A DNA stretch of 64,000 nucleotides from a virus (lineage: Duplodnaviria; Caudoviricetes): the IMG/VR virus record IMGVR_UViG_3300026549_000030, positions 160,001-224,000 of that record; one strand, given 5' to 3'. Under the pieces are notes generated by a model. The model saw only the letters and a list, made by a program, of their open reading frames with translations. It ran no database searches and was not told the DNA's origin. The stretch's first letter is position 1; each line of letters opens with the position of its first letter. Below are positions 29,972-39,964 of the stretch, piece by piece. The position numbers and the translations under genes were made by a program.

Positions 29972-31423
29972 ATGGAGAAAAATAAAGAGAAAAAATTAGG
30001 GCAGATTAATACCCCAGACAGAATCGTATCTAAAATGTTGGATTTTGGTGCATACAACAAGCCTATCAACATATTAGAAAAGCACATCATGGACAATAGC
30101 TGCGGGAATGGGCAATTTCTGTCGGAAATAGTTCGCAGGTATATAAAGACTGCACTCGAATACGGGAAAACGGAAAACGATATCACAGGTGAGCTTTCCA
30201 AATATATACACGGAATAGAAATAGATGAGCCAACTTGTAATGAATGCAAGGAGCGGCTTTCTTCTATTGCCGAGCAATTTGGAATAGTTGGTGTAAATTG
30301 GGATATTATTTGTGCAAACACCCTGCTTGTTCATGAGTATGACGGGAAAATGGATTACGTATTCGGAAACCCGCCATACGTTCGCGTGCATAACGTTAAG
30401 GGCAGTGACAACTATGATATTTTAAAAGGATACACCTTCGCAGAAAAAGGCTCATCTGATTTATATCTGGCATTTTATGAATGTGGGCTGAAATCGCTTA
30501 ACGAAAACGGAACCCTGTGCTATATAACGCCGAGTTCTTGGCTATCTTCCGCATCAGGAAAGAAAATGAGGGACTACATACTTGAAAATAGAAACCTTTA
30601 CGCGGTAGTTGATTTTGAGCATACACAAGTGTTTGATAATGCGCAAACATATTCGATCATAACATTGTTCTATAATGGAAAGAAAGAGGACGAGGTTGCG
30701 TACAATCTATACGAAAATCATGACTTCAATACCGTATCGTCTGTAACATATGACGAAATCATACATGACGGGGCTTTCAGATTTGTCCCGAAGGAATATT
30801 CCAAAACCTTCAATAACATTGATAGCTGCAAGATACGAAAAATTCGTGTTAAAAACGGGCTCGCTACACTTAATGACAAGGTATTCATCGATGAGATTCC
30901 GAAAGATTTTCCGGCAATTTATTATATACCCGTCATTAAGGCTTCCACAGGAAAGTGGGGTAAGTGCCTTTTTCCTTATGAAATCTGTTATGATAGGAAT
31001 ATTGAATCAATACCGCTTGAAGATATTGAAAGTCGCTACCCTTACTTATACAAGTATATAATGCTTCATGAAGAAGAACTCAAGGCGAGAACCTACGATA
31101 AGGGAAGCAATTGGTGGGAAATAGGACGCAGACAAGGGCTATCCGACACATTCAAGGATAAGATTGCGATAAATAATTTAACCAAGGGCCCGGGCGATAT
31201 TAAAATTACTGCAGTTCCCGCAGGCTCGCACGTTTACAGCGGATTCTATATTCTCACTGACACGCCATTCAATGACATTAAGGAAGCCCTCCACTCGAAG
31301 CAATTCTTCAATTATGTTAAGGCGCTTAAAAAATATAAGAGTGGAGAATATTACACATTCTCTTCTAAGGACGTTGAAAAATTTTTAAATTATTGGATAT
31401 ATGGCAACAAGCAAAATTTATAA
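29972..31423 (+). CDS. Gamma-class N6-adenine DNA methyltransferase (TaqI/Eco57I-like)
   Basis: GQINTP, DNSCGNGQFL, GNPPY, DLYLAF; start trimmed to ATG after promoter at 29955. Confidence 0.88.
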   Translation: MEKNKEKKLGQINTPDRIVSKMLDFGAYNKPINILEKHIMDNSCGNGQFLSEIVRRYIKTALEYGKTENDITGELSKYIHGIEIDEPTCNECKERLSSIAEQFGIVGVNWDIICANTLLVHEYDGKMDYVFGNPPYVRVHNVKGSDNYDILKGYTFAEKGSSDLYLAFYECGLKSLNENGTLCYITPSSWLSSASGKKMRDYILENRNLYAVVDFEHTQVFDNAQTYSIITLFYNGKKEDEVAYNLYENHDFNTVSSVTYDEIIHDGAFRFVPKEYSKTFNNIDSCKIRKIRVKNGLATLNDKVFIDEIPKDFPAIYYIPVIKASTGKWGKCLFPYEICYDRNIESIPLEDIESRYPYLYKYIMLHEEELKARTYDKGSNWWEIGRRQGLSDTFKDKIAINNLTKGPGDIKITAVPAGSHVYSGFYILTDTPFNDIKEALHSKQFFNYVKALKKYKSGEYYTFSSKDVEKFLNYWIYGNKQNL

Positions 31424-31910
31424 GCTATTTAAAGAAGTCAAAGACTGCGAAGGCAAAATTGCCGCGTTAATGAACAAGAAAACAGACGCAAAGAAAGAAC
31501 TCGAGGAACTCCTCAAGAAAAACTTCTACAGACTCCGCGACTTTATAGCAAAGGCTCTCTACGAAGAGCTTGGGGACGAGCAGAAGCGAAAAATCGACTT
31601 GAAAAAACTCGAAGCTCAGAAGAAAGAAGAACAAAGAAAATTATTGAAAGAGCTTGGCGTAAAAGATAATGAAGATTGGCTAAGCGATTCAACGGTATAT
31701 TCATGGAATTCATTGAATTCAGATTTTGATCCATTCGTTGACCAATTTGAAATTTATGATTGCAAACTTTCAGAAGATAAGAAAAGTATGAAGATACGTG
31801 TCGAGTGTTTAAAGAATCGACAATACCTAGGTATTTCAGGCTGCTGGATTCCGTCAACGTATGAAACAGGGTGGATTTCGATAAAAGAAATTGCAGAATA
31901 CGAAAAATAA
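31401..31910 (+). CDS. Hypothetical coiled-coil protein
   Basis: 169 aa ORF. Confidence 0.65.
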   Translation: MATSKIYKLFKEVKDCEGKIAALMNKKTDAKKELEELLKKNFYRLRDFIAKALYEELGDEQKRKIDLKKLEAQKKEEQRKLLKELGVKDNEDWLSDSTVYSWNSLNSDFDPFVDQFEIYDCKLSEDKKSMKIRVECLKNRQYLGISGCWIPSTYETGWISIKEIAEYEK

Positions 31911-31992
31911 AAAAAGAGCGAATCTGCACGATTCGCCCATATGTTCCGTAAGTCTATCGGCAATGTGACTATAAAGCCGTTAAGATGGTGGT

Positions 31993-33072
31993 TTAGACAG
32001 AGCCAATAAGTCTGTTGGTGTCTGCATTATATTTAACATGAAAGTCGTTCAATCTTCCAACGGCTTTATCGTACCTATCAAACAATGTGGCTGTAAGTAT
32101 TTCACTCCGTTCGTCATCCGATAAACCGAATGATGAACCTGCGAATAAATCAAAACACATAATATTCTCTTGCTCATTATTCCAGTTTTCATCGTTATAT
32201 TCAGATTCCCCATCGGGAACAAACCGCTCTTTCAACACTTTCTTTACGCTCTCAGCAACCATCTTCCTGAGGGTGTTTTCGTTTATTTTTACAACATTCT
32301 TTTTCATATTTTCTTTTAGCTCTTTATTTAATAAATACTTAACAGTTTCGAAAACCCGCTTTTTATTGTTAAAATACGATATTATATCATTCATAACCCT
32401 TTCAGGGTTGCAACTTTGGTATTGCTGAGAAAAATTCCCAATATTCTTGTTGAATAAATCCAGATAGAGAACATCCCCATAATAAGAATCAAGCACCTCC
32501 CAAAGTACCTTAGTTTGCTGCGGAGTCGGCTTCTTGCAAATATCAATACTATGATCAAGAACCCTGATATTTCCAAGTTCAATAAAGTGCGACGTACCCT
32601 TTACGCCTGAAATTCTCGTGCAATTGTTATGCTCTGATTCCGTATAGACGACAACACCGTTTGTGAGAATAAATCCACGGCAGCCCTTGAAATAATCTCC
32701 GTGACGAAGAACCTTTACAGCCATTGCATTAACCTCGTCAGGGTTGTTCACGTTTATCACGTCATTCTGATACGCAAGAGGCTCAAACGCATGCTCGCGT
32801 CCGTCCATACACTCCCTGAATACATCTGCAGCTACAGCCTCGCCGAAATTCTCTTCAATCTCCTCGAGCGTCATTGTATCGTATTCACCCATTGAATGAT
32901 ACGTATCAGAGTCGAAATACTCGATTTCATAATCGCAGTTTTCCTTAATGTAATTTGCCCTTACATCGGGAGAATCCTGAAGTCCGTTATCGGATAGATA
33001 TTCCTCATACCAATCTTCATCGAAATTCAACGTACAACGAATTTCTCCTATTTCACTTGGTTCAAATTTCAT
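31993..33072 (-). CDS. Hypothetical protein with internal tag and possible nested start at 32307
   Basis: MKKNVVKINENTLRKMVAESVKKVLKE internal. Confidence 0.7.
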   Translation of the reverse strand: MKFEPSEIGEIRCTLNFDEDWYEEYLSDNGLQDSPDVRANYIKENCDYEIEYFDSDTYHSMGEYDTMTLEEIEENFGEAVAADVFRECMDGREHAFEPLAYQNDVINVNNPDEVNAMAVKVLRHGDYFKGCRGFILTNGVVVYTESEHNNCTRISGVKGTSHFIELGNIRVLDHSIDICKKPTPQQTKVLWEVLDSYYGDVLYLDLFNKNIGNFSQQYQSCNPERVMNDIISYFNNKKRVFETVKYLLNKELKENMKKNVVKINENTLRKMVAESVKKVLKERFVPDGESEYNDENWNNEQENIMCFDLFAGSSFGLSDDERSEILTATLFDRYDKAVGRLNDFHVKYNADTNRLIGSV

Positions 33073-33773
33073 TGCTGTACCCCTCTTCTATAATAACTAT
33101 CGAAAACTTCATCTGTAAGTCCGAAATCTATGATAACAAGGTTTTCCTGCCCATTCTCAGATACTACACCCCAAGAAGACAGTCTTGTCAAGTCCCCGTA
33201 TGCGCCCGTGCATGTATCGCACAGGTATCCGTGAATAGCTTGGAAGATATTGTAATCGTTAAGAAGTTCTGCCCATTCATTCGAATCAAAGAGAGCGTCA
33301 TATGTGTGGTCTCTATATGGCATTTTGGAAGGTGGAGTATAAAGGCTTGCCGTATATTGTATCCAAGCACACATTACTTCCCAATCATATCCGGTAATAC
33401 GCTTGAAATCGCTTGCCTTTGCCCTTCTTGCCGCCTGCATTTCAAGGAATGTCCCGTCCTCAGTAGCGTCATACACTTTTGCAAAGCAATCGTAATATTC
33501 TTGCCTCCAATCTTGCATTCCCTCCTGATTCTGCGCAACGCCCTTCTCATTCTTAGCAACTTTCAGAACCTTCTCACCATCAACGGCGAATACAACGCGA
33601 GAAGAGCCTGCGCCAATCTTCTTAAGGTGCTGCTGGCAATACTTAACGCGCTTGGCATATGAGCCGAGGCTCTTAAGCGTATCAAGGCTGAAACCGGCAG
33701 GGTATGCCATTTCATCCATCACCGATTCGGTAATGATTCTGCAAAGCTCAGAAAGTGTTATATTGTTAGCCAT
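33069..33773 (-). CDS. Protein-kinase-like fold protein with N-terminal tag
   Basis: IGAGSSRVVF, VLKVA, GDL, IIDFG. Confidence 0.7.
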   Translation of the reverse strand: MANNITLSELCRIITESVMDEMAYPAGFSLDTLKSLGSYAKRVKYCQQHLKKIGAGSSRVVFAVDGEKVLKVAKNEKGVAQNQEGMQDWRQEYYDCFAKVYDATEDGTFLEMQAARRAKASDFKRITGYDWEVMCAWIQYTASLYTPPSKMPYRDHTYDALFDSNEWAELLNDYNIFQAIHGYLCDTCTGAYGDLTRLSSWGVVSENGQENLVIIDFGLTDEVFDSYYRRGVQQ

Positions 33774-33788
33774 TGTTTTAATAAATAC

Positions 33789-34232
33789 ATGAAAAAGTTT
33801 GTAAATACCGATTATAATCAGTATATTTACAATATGAGAGAAGATATAATGAATAGAAAAATCGGTCCAAGGGACTTAATGATAGGTGATTACTTCATGC
33901 TAAAGAGCCTTGACGGTAAGGGGACGGAGGTTATCCAAATCAACGGTATAACGAAGCGCAAGTTCGGATATGTTGCAAAGAACGGGCAGGAAAGGTATGT
34001 TCGTTTCTGCGAAAATCGCCTTATTCCGATTGAGTACTCTGACGTTATGTGGAAATACTTTGAAACTACGGACTTTGAAGTCCATGGTTGGAAAGGAGAC
34101 TTCAAGAGAATGAAGAAAGAGCTTTCACATAGAATGGCGGATATAAAAACGCTTCACGAACTACAACATATTATTAATTTAAAAGACCCGAAAGCGTGGG
34201 TTATTTTTAACGAGCATGGATTCGGACATTAA
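33789..34232 (+). CDS. Hypothetical protein (true start probably 33834 or 33849)
   Basis: ORF; promoter-like TATATTTA inside the annotated 5' end. Confidence 0.6.
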   Translation: MKKFVNTDYNQYIYNMREDIMNRKIGPRDLMIGDYFMLKSLDGKGTEVIQINGITKRKFGYVAKNGQERYVRFCENRLIPIEYSDVMWKYFETTDFEVHGWKGDFKRMKKELSHRMADIKTLHELQHIINLKDPKAWVIFNEHGFGH

Positions 34233-34680
34233 ATTTGAATACAATCCCCCGCTATGGGATGCTTTAAACTTTCAGCCACTCACATTGGCGGAACTCGAAG
34301 CCGCCATGTGGAAAATACAGTACAATGATAAAATTAATTCGTTTGTTCTTGGCTTTACAATAGCAAACGATAACGAGGCATGGGTTGTTGATAGGAATTA
34401 CCGCACGCAGAACGATAAGAGCATTGTTCTCATTAAGGCAAAGGGAACCCTTCACAAGAAACTCGTTGAACTTGAGGAGAAATATGATTTCAAATTTGAC
34501 AGGATTAACGAGAAAACAATTGAAGCATTGAGCGGATTCGGACTTACAGACGAAAACGGATATCCGTATCTTCCGAAATTCCTTAAAGAATTTGATCCTT
34601 CAAATCTGTTCGTTACAGACAAGCAGTTTAACGATTATAAATGTTATGTTAATGACTACCTATGGAAATGGAAAAAGTAA
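34216..34680 (+). CDS. Hypothetical protein
   Basis: 154 aa overlapping ORF. Confidence 0.65.
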   Translation: MDSDIKFEYNPPLWDALNFQPLTLAELEAAMWKIQYNDKINSFVLGFTIANDNEAWVVDRNYRTQNDKSIVLIKAKGTLHKKLVELEEKYDFKFDRINEKTIEALSGFGLTDENGYPYLPKFLKEFDPSNLFVTDKQFNDYKCYVNDYLWKWKK

Positions 34681-35009
34681 CTGAGAAATGGTTCAAGGAA
34701 CACGGCTGGGAAAAAACCGATACGGGAAATTACGTAGAGGAACCGGGTGTTCAACGCAACGGTACTATATACTGTTTATATGGCAAGAAAGGGCTCATTG
34801 CAAGATGGGATAGAATTGTCTACACTTATACACACCCAGTGGTCGAAAGGGGTAAGAAAAGTATTTCAAGAACATATATGTTCTACGCACGCGGAGAGAA
34901 CGGATTCCAAGTCGAAAACAGACTCAGCCACTTCAATTTTCCCATTGAAACAATTGTTGCCGCATTGAAAGTGGTGGGATATGATGAATTTGGGAAGAAG
35001 AAATTATGA
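34662..35009 (+). CDS. Hypothetical protein
   Basis: 115 aa overlapping ORF followed by terminator. Confidence 0.65.
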   Translation: MEMEKVTEKWFKEHGWEKTDTGNYVEEPGVQRNGTIYCLYGKKGLIARWDRIVYTYTHPVVERGKKSISRTYMFYARGENGFQVENRLSHFNFPIETIVAALKVVGYDEFGKKKL

Positions 35010-35028
35010 ACAAAGCAATAGAAAACAT

Positions 35029-35060
35029 TAAAACTCGGTAGAAATACCGAGTTTTTCTTT
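35029..35060. terminator. Bidirectional intrinsic terminator
   Basis: AAAACTCGGTA-GAAA-TACCGAGTTTT; near-identical hairpin at 39940-39966. Confidence 0.8.
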
Positions 35061-36853
35061 TAGAATCCGCCGCTTGAATATCCATTAACGAGACAGGTAA
35101 TGTTGCTTTCGGGTATTCCGTAATCCCCAAGTGCATCGCCAAGCATTGCGAGCGTCGCGCCGGAGTTCATATCCTCATCGAAGATAATGTACTTCTTTCC
35201 GGCATACCTCGTGAATAGGCTCTTATCCTTGTTAAGCTGCTCGTCGGCAATAACAAACGCACCCTTCAGATACTTTCTTACGTTCTTCGGGAACTTAGTC
35301 ACCTTAAAGCTAGTTCCATCAAAATTAGGCGTAAATCCCGTAACTAATGCCTCATGACATGATGCTATAAGCCAAGCCGTTTTTCTTATTGCTGCCGTGA
35401 AATCTTGCAGACAATTCCTGTAAATAATTGTACCTATCTTCTTTGACAGCTTTTCCGTATCGAAGGTGGAGGATTTTGAGTTTATAGTCAATCCGCTAAG
35501 GATCACCTTCGTCGCGTTATCGTCAAGCATCTGCCCGGGAGTGAATATTATTCTCTTTATTTGTTCAAACGCACTATCGGCAATAACCTGATATACCTGC
35601 CCCTTCTGCGCAACGGAGCCATTGAATTGATTGTATTTAACCTCCTCGGGACGCGGAACAGCGGGCTTTCTTCCCCTGAATGACGGGCGATTGATATCGA
35701 ACTCGATATTGCCAAGTATATCCCAATGCCTATTGACAAAATCCTTAAGCGGTGCTGAAATCTTCCATGAAATTTCTTTCATTGCAGCCTGCTTGACATT
35801 GTGTTCGAAGCTGTTTATGCTTTCCTCGGAAATTCCTTCTTTTTCCATTCCTTCCCTGTCGAAATGGACGTTGATAAGTTTCTTTGAGAAGAATCCATCT
35901 ATGAACGGAATGCCGGTTTTGTCCTGCAGCCTCTTCGAGTAGTATACATTGAATTTTGAAGAAGATGGGGCGCATACGATATAATCGGCTTGTACACCCT
36001 CTTTTTTCAATGCATATTGTGCATAATTTATGCTCTTATCAATAAATCTTGCTATTGAATGGTATGCATTGTCAGAAAATCCGTACGATACTCTATTGAA
36101 GTGATCGGAATCCCCTTCGGTTCCATTCAATGAGAAATTCTTTTCTATATCAGGAGTCTGCCCGTTGTAGGTAATCGGTACGTTTCTGAATGTCGCCTGC
36201 CCTTTTCCTATGTTCGGATTCAATGGCCTTGCGTCTTTGTTTATCCCAAGAACCTTATCAGTAATTTTACCCTGCCTCATATATCCGTTCTTAAGAACGT
36301 CTGAAATATTGAAATCGTCAAAATCAAACAACGAAATTACTTTTATTGTCGTGCCGGGAACAGTTCCGACATTATATCTCGCTATCTTATCCTCCCCATT
36401 CGCAGAAGATGCCCTATTATATTTGTTTTGCTGAATCTGTTGAAGGGTTTGAATTCTTTCTATTGTACTATCTATCCATTGGAATGCGTCTTCGTCGCTC
36501 GATGAAATTGCGTTCAATAACGCGTTTTTTGCCTTACCCTTGAATGAAGATATATCAGGGGCATTACCCTTCCTACCACCTTCTATCCAAGTACGCAGCT
36601 CTTCCAACTTAGCAATAATGGAATTTCTATATCCCTGTTTATCAGAAAACGAAGTATAATGCCCATTCAAAGTATTATCACCGTTCAGGATGCTGTTTGC
36701 TGTTCCGAAAAGCCTCGTATCAAAGTTCTTATTATCAACATCACGCTGGTTTGAATCTATGTTGACATCAACGCCGAAATTACCCGACTTGGCATAGTTA
36801 ATACCCTCGGTTAACATATCGAACTGTCTCTTTGTGATAATAATATTCTTCAT
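35060..36853 (-). CDS. Large protein with type I phosphoribosyltransferase motif and N-terminal tag
   Basis: DYIVCAPSSS; YIIFDEDMNSGATL PRPP-binding loop. Confidence 0.7.
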   Translation of the reverse strand: MKNIIITKRQFDMLTEGINYAKSGNFGVDVNIDSNQRDVDNKNFDTRLFGTANSILNGDNTLNGHYTSFSDKQGYRNSIIAKLEELRTWIEGGRKGNAPDISSFKGKAKNALLNAISSSDEDAFQWIDSTIERIQTLQQIQQNKYNRASSANGEDKIARYNVGTVPGTTIKVISLFDFDDFNISDVLKNGYMRQGKITDKVLGINKDARPLNPNIGKGQATFRNVPITYNGQTPDIEKNFSLNGTEGDSDHFNRVSYGFSDNAYHSIARFIDKSINYAQYALKKEGVQADYIVCAPSSSKFNVYYSKRLQDKTGIPFIDGFFSKKLINVHFDREGMEKEGISEESINSFEHNVKQAAMKEISWKISAPLKDFVNRHWDILGNIEFDINRPSFRGRKPAVPRPEEVKYNQFNGSVAQKGQVYQVIADSAFEQIKRIIFTPGQMLDDNATKVILSGLTINSKSSTFDTEKLSKKIGTIIYRNCLQDFTAAIRKTAWLIASCHEALVTGFTPNFDGTSFKVTKFPKNVRKYLKGAFVIADEQLNKDKSLFTRYAGKKYIIFDEDMNSGATLAMLGDALGDYGIPESNITCLVNGYSSGGF

Positions 36854-36914
36854 TCCTTAATAAATATCAAATTTATTTGGAATTGTGAATATTATTTCCT
36901 ATATTTGCAGTACT

Positions 36915-37136
36915 ATGATTAAGATAGACAAAAATTTTTACACACTTATGATTGCGGGAGCAATCGAAGATGAAAAACTCCCCGGCATTAAAGACGAAGA
37001 AGCGGTTAAGCTGATCGGAGAATCAATCGACGAAACTGTAAAATTCTACGAAGATACCTTCGGCGAGATTGAAGATTGGGAGGTTTTTGAAGACGACTTA
37101 CTTGCGGACGCCAAGAAAAAACTCGGCGTGCAATGA
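36915..37136 (+). CDS. Hypothetical acidic protein
   Basis: ATG after TATATTTG promoter. Confidence 0.6.
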   Translation: MIKIDKNFYTLMIAGAIEDEKLPGIKDEEAVKLIGESIDETVKFYEDTFGEIEDWEVFEDDLLADAKKKLGVQ

Positions 37137-37236
37137 TTTGATCAAAAAAAAAAAGTTTAAGAAAATTTTTGTAAATCGAATTAAACTCTGTATATTTGCA
37201 TTGGATAAACACAATAAACCATTTTAATTTAACAAT

Positions 37237-37875
37237 ATGTTTGAAAACATTCAGAATTCCTTTAACGGAATGTTCGGTAAGGTTGCTCCCGGTATGTGCC
37301 GGCTTACCATGAACGGCAATGTCGCCGTCAAATGCAGCAATGGTTACAAGACGTATAACGTCAAGAAGGGTACGCTGACTAATGTCACTAACTTCTGCTT
37401 CAACATCGGTGATGAGATGTTCTTCATCATCCCTACCAACAAGGTTGCTGTTGGCGATATCATTCTCGTCGGCGGTAAGCCCAAGTGCGTTACGGCTGTT
37501 GACAAGAAGTCCATCACCGTAATCGACTACGAGAACAGCGAGGAGCGCAAGGTTATCCCTGAGCGTCACGTGTTCATGGGTAGTACCTATTTCTACGGCA
37601 AGATTGTCTCCATGTTCGGCAACGCCTTCAAGGGTGGCAAGGGCCTCGGAAACGCTGTCAAGATGATGGTTTTCTCCCAGATGCTTGGCGGTAGTAAGGA
37701 TTCCAACAGCAACGGAAACGGCAATGGTGCCAACGGCTTCGGCGCGATGCTTCCTATGATGATGTTCATGGGCGGCGGCAGCAACCCGTTCGAGGGCATG
37801 TTCGAAGGACTCGACTTCGACTTGAATCTCACCGCAGACGCCGACGATGACGAAACAACTAACGAGGAGGAGTAG
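37237..37875 (+). CDS. Hypothetical protein with M/G-rich C-terminus, first gene of vWA-PurA-like operon
   Basis: 212 aa, strong codon bias, own promoter at 37191. Confidence 0.75.
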   Translation: MFENIQNSFNGMFGKVAPGMCRLTMNGNVAVKCSNGYKTYNVKKGTLTNVTNFCFNIGDEMFFIIPTNKVAVGDIILVGGKPKCVTAVDKKSITVIDYENSEERKVIPERHVFMGSTYFYGKIVSMFGNAFKGGKGLGNAVKMMVFSQMLGGSKDSNSNGNGNGANGFGAMLPMMMFMGGGSNPFEGMFEGLDFDLNLTADADDDETTNEEE

Positions 37876-37972
37876 TCATGGGCGTAGTTAACAACACGGA
37901 CTTCAAGTCCTACGGAAAGTCTCTCGAGGAACTCGCAGAGCAGGAAGAGGAAACCGCAAAAACTGAAGAGTA

Positions 37973-38857
37973 ATGGGTTCTGGTTCTTTTTCACTTAAAA
38001 GTTACGCTGATTACAGTACGTCCCGTGGAAAGTTATTTAACGTCACCACGAGCCGTATTGACAGCGGACAGGTGTTCGAGTCAAAGAGACTCGACGAATC
38101 TCTCAATCCGAAGAGGTTCACTGTCAGGGAGTGCGCCAACAGCGATGAACACCCGAACACAATTCCGGTGATTCTCGCCCTTGACGTCACTGGTTCTATG
38201 GGCGACGCCTGCACCGAGACTGCTTCCGCACTCGGCGTCATTATCACCAACCTCTACAAGGAGTTCAAGGATATTGAGTTCTGCGTAATGGGTATCGGCG
38301 ACTTGGCATACGACGAAGCCCCCGTTCAGATGAGTCAGTTTGAGTCCGACGTTCGTATCGCCGAGGCTCTTGACAAAATCTACATGGAGCACGGTGGCGG
38401 TGGAAACCGCTTTGAAAGCTACACCGCAGCTTGGTACATGGGACTCAAGCGCACGAAGCTCGACAGCTTCGATAAGCAGGGAAGAAAGGGTATCATTATC
38501 ACAATGGGTGACGAGCCCCTCAACCCTTACCTTCCCGTGAGCCAACTCAACGGAAGCACCAATTCCAAGGAGCAGGCGGACGTTGACACCAATGATCTCT
38601 ATAAGCTTGCAACAGAGAAGTTCGACATCTATCACATTGCCGTTGACAGCCCGCACGATTCCTATCGGTACTACGCCGACGATATCAAGGAGTCTTTTGG
38701 CAAGCTGCTGGGTGACAACTTCAAGGTATCCACAATCAACAACCTTTCCAACACCATTGAAGAGTGCATTAAGAACTCTCTTAATGACGCGCCAGTCGCT
38801 GCCACAGAGGAGCCTTCCAAGACGCTCATCAATGAGAACGGAGAAATCGAATGGTAA
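37973..38857 (+). CDS. vWA (MIDAS) domain protein
   Basis: LALDVTGSM, GGGGN..ESY, ITMGDE. Confidence 0.85.
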   Translation: MGSGSFSLKSYADYSTSRGKLFNVTTSRIDSGQVFESKRLDESLNPKRFTVRECANSDEHPNTIPVILALDVTGSMGDACTETASALGVIITNLYKEFKDIEFCVMGIGDLAYDEAPVQMSQFESDVRIAEALDKIYMEHGGGGNRFESYTAAWYMGLKRTKLDSFDKQGRKGIIITMGDEPLNPYLPVSQLNGSTNSKEQADVDTNDLYKLATEKFDIYHIAVDSPHDSYRYYADDIKESFGKLLGDNFKVSTINNLSNTIEECIKNSLNDAPVAATEEPSKTLINENGEIEW

Positions 38858-38860
38858 AAG

Positions 38861-39934
38861 ATGAAAGCGAGAATAGTAATCGGAGCTAATTACGGCGACG
38901 AGGGCAAGGGAACAGTAGTAGCAAACTACACAAAGCTTGCAAATGGCAAGGTTCTTAACGTCCTCACAAACGGCGGAGCTCAGCGCGGGCATTCAATCCT
39001 GACGAAAGACGGAAGTATTACATTCCAGCACTTCGGCTCAGGAACCTATCACGGCGCAGATAATTACTATTCTCGCTACTTCATTCTCAACCCGATGCAG
39101 TTCGTTAAGGAGTATGAAACGCTCCTTGTGAAGCCGACTATCTATCGCAGCCAATGGTGCCGTTGGTCCACTCCATACGATTCAATGGCAAACTTAATTC
39201 TCGAGCAGCAATTGGGGCGCCACGCTTCCTGCTGTATGGGCATTTGGAATACAGTAAGGCGTTACCGCGAGCTCGGTGCAAATGGTACCATGGGTTTTGA
39301 CGATTTCGTGAAGGACGAGGCGAAAGCTATTATGCACCTTGCGGACGTCAAGCACTACTATGAGAAACTGATTTTCGTGCCTCAGGAGTGGAAATCAATT
39401 TGGGACAACCCGAACATTATGACACACTTCCTTAACGATTGCCGCTTCATGTCCGAACATACGATTGTCTGCGACAACCTGTATCAACTTGATTATGACG
39501 AACTTATTTTCGAGAATGGGCAAGGACTGCTGTTGTGCGACAGGGGGTTAGACGAATCGGACAGGACGCCAAGTCAGACAGGCATTCAGTATGCGCGTGA
39601 TATGGCGGCTGGAATTATTTTCGACGATATTACAGTCCATTATGTGACCAGGCCTTATCTTACCCGTCACGGCGACGGAAACCTCTCAGGGGAGTCGAGT
39701 AGGAAATTCATTTCTTCAACCGTTCATGAAGATAGGACGAACCACTACAACGAAGGACAGGGTGAGTTCCGATTCGGTAATCTCGATATTGACTCGCTTA
39801 AGGAAAGAGTCGAGGGAGACGCAGGAAAATTCAAATACGAAATTGAACTCACACACTGCGACGAAATGGATAGAGTTGCGGAATTCAAGAAGAAATTCGG
39901 GGTTGTGAACACATACGACACTCCGCTTGTCTAA
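38861..39934 (+). CDS. Divergent adenylosuccinate synthetase (PurA)-like protein
   Basis: GANYGDEGKG, NGGAQRGH, FENGQGLLL, TPS.TG, YLTRHGDG, QGEFRFG. Confidence 0.8.
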   Translation: MKARIVIGANYGDEGKGTVVANYTKLANGKVLNVLTNGGAQRGHSILTKDGSITFQHFGSGTYHGADNYYSRYFILNPMQFVKEYETLLVKPTIYRSQWCRWSTPYDSMANLILEQQLGRHASCCMGIWNTVRRYRELGANGTMGFDDFVKDEAKAIMHLADVKHYYEKLIFVPQEWKSIWDNPNIMTHFLNDCRFMSEHTIVCDNLYQLDYDELIFENGQGLLLCDRGLDESDRTPSQTGIQYARDMAAGIIFDDITVHYVTRPYLTRHGDGNLSGESSRKFISSTVHEDRTNHYNEGQGEFRFGNLDIDSLKERVEGDAGKFKYEIELTHCDEMDRVAEFKKKFGVVNTYDTPLV

Positions 39935-39964
39935 AAAGAAAACTCGGCAGAAATGCCGAGTTTT

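Noticed and set aside
38081-38992. 303 aa minus-strand ORF and similar long antisense ORFs (e.g. 37006, 57355)
   Set aside because: Shadows of codon-biased sense genes
38861-39934. PurZ (2-aminoadenine DNA)
   Set aside because: Retains the PurA-type GDEGKG Asp; no datZ or mazZ-like neighbour
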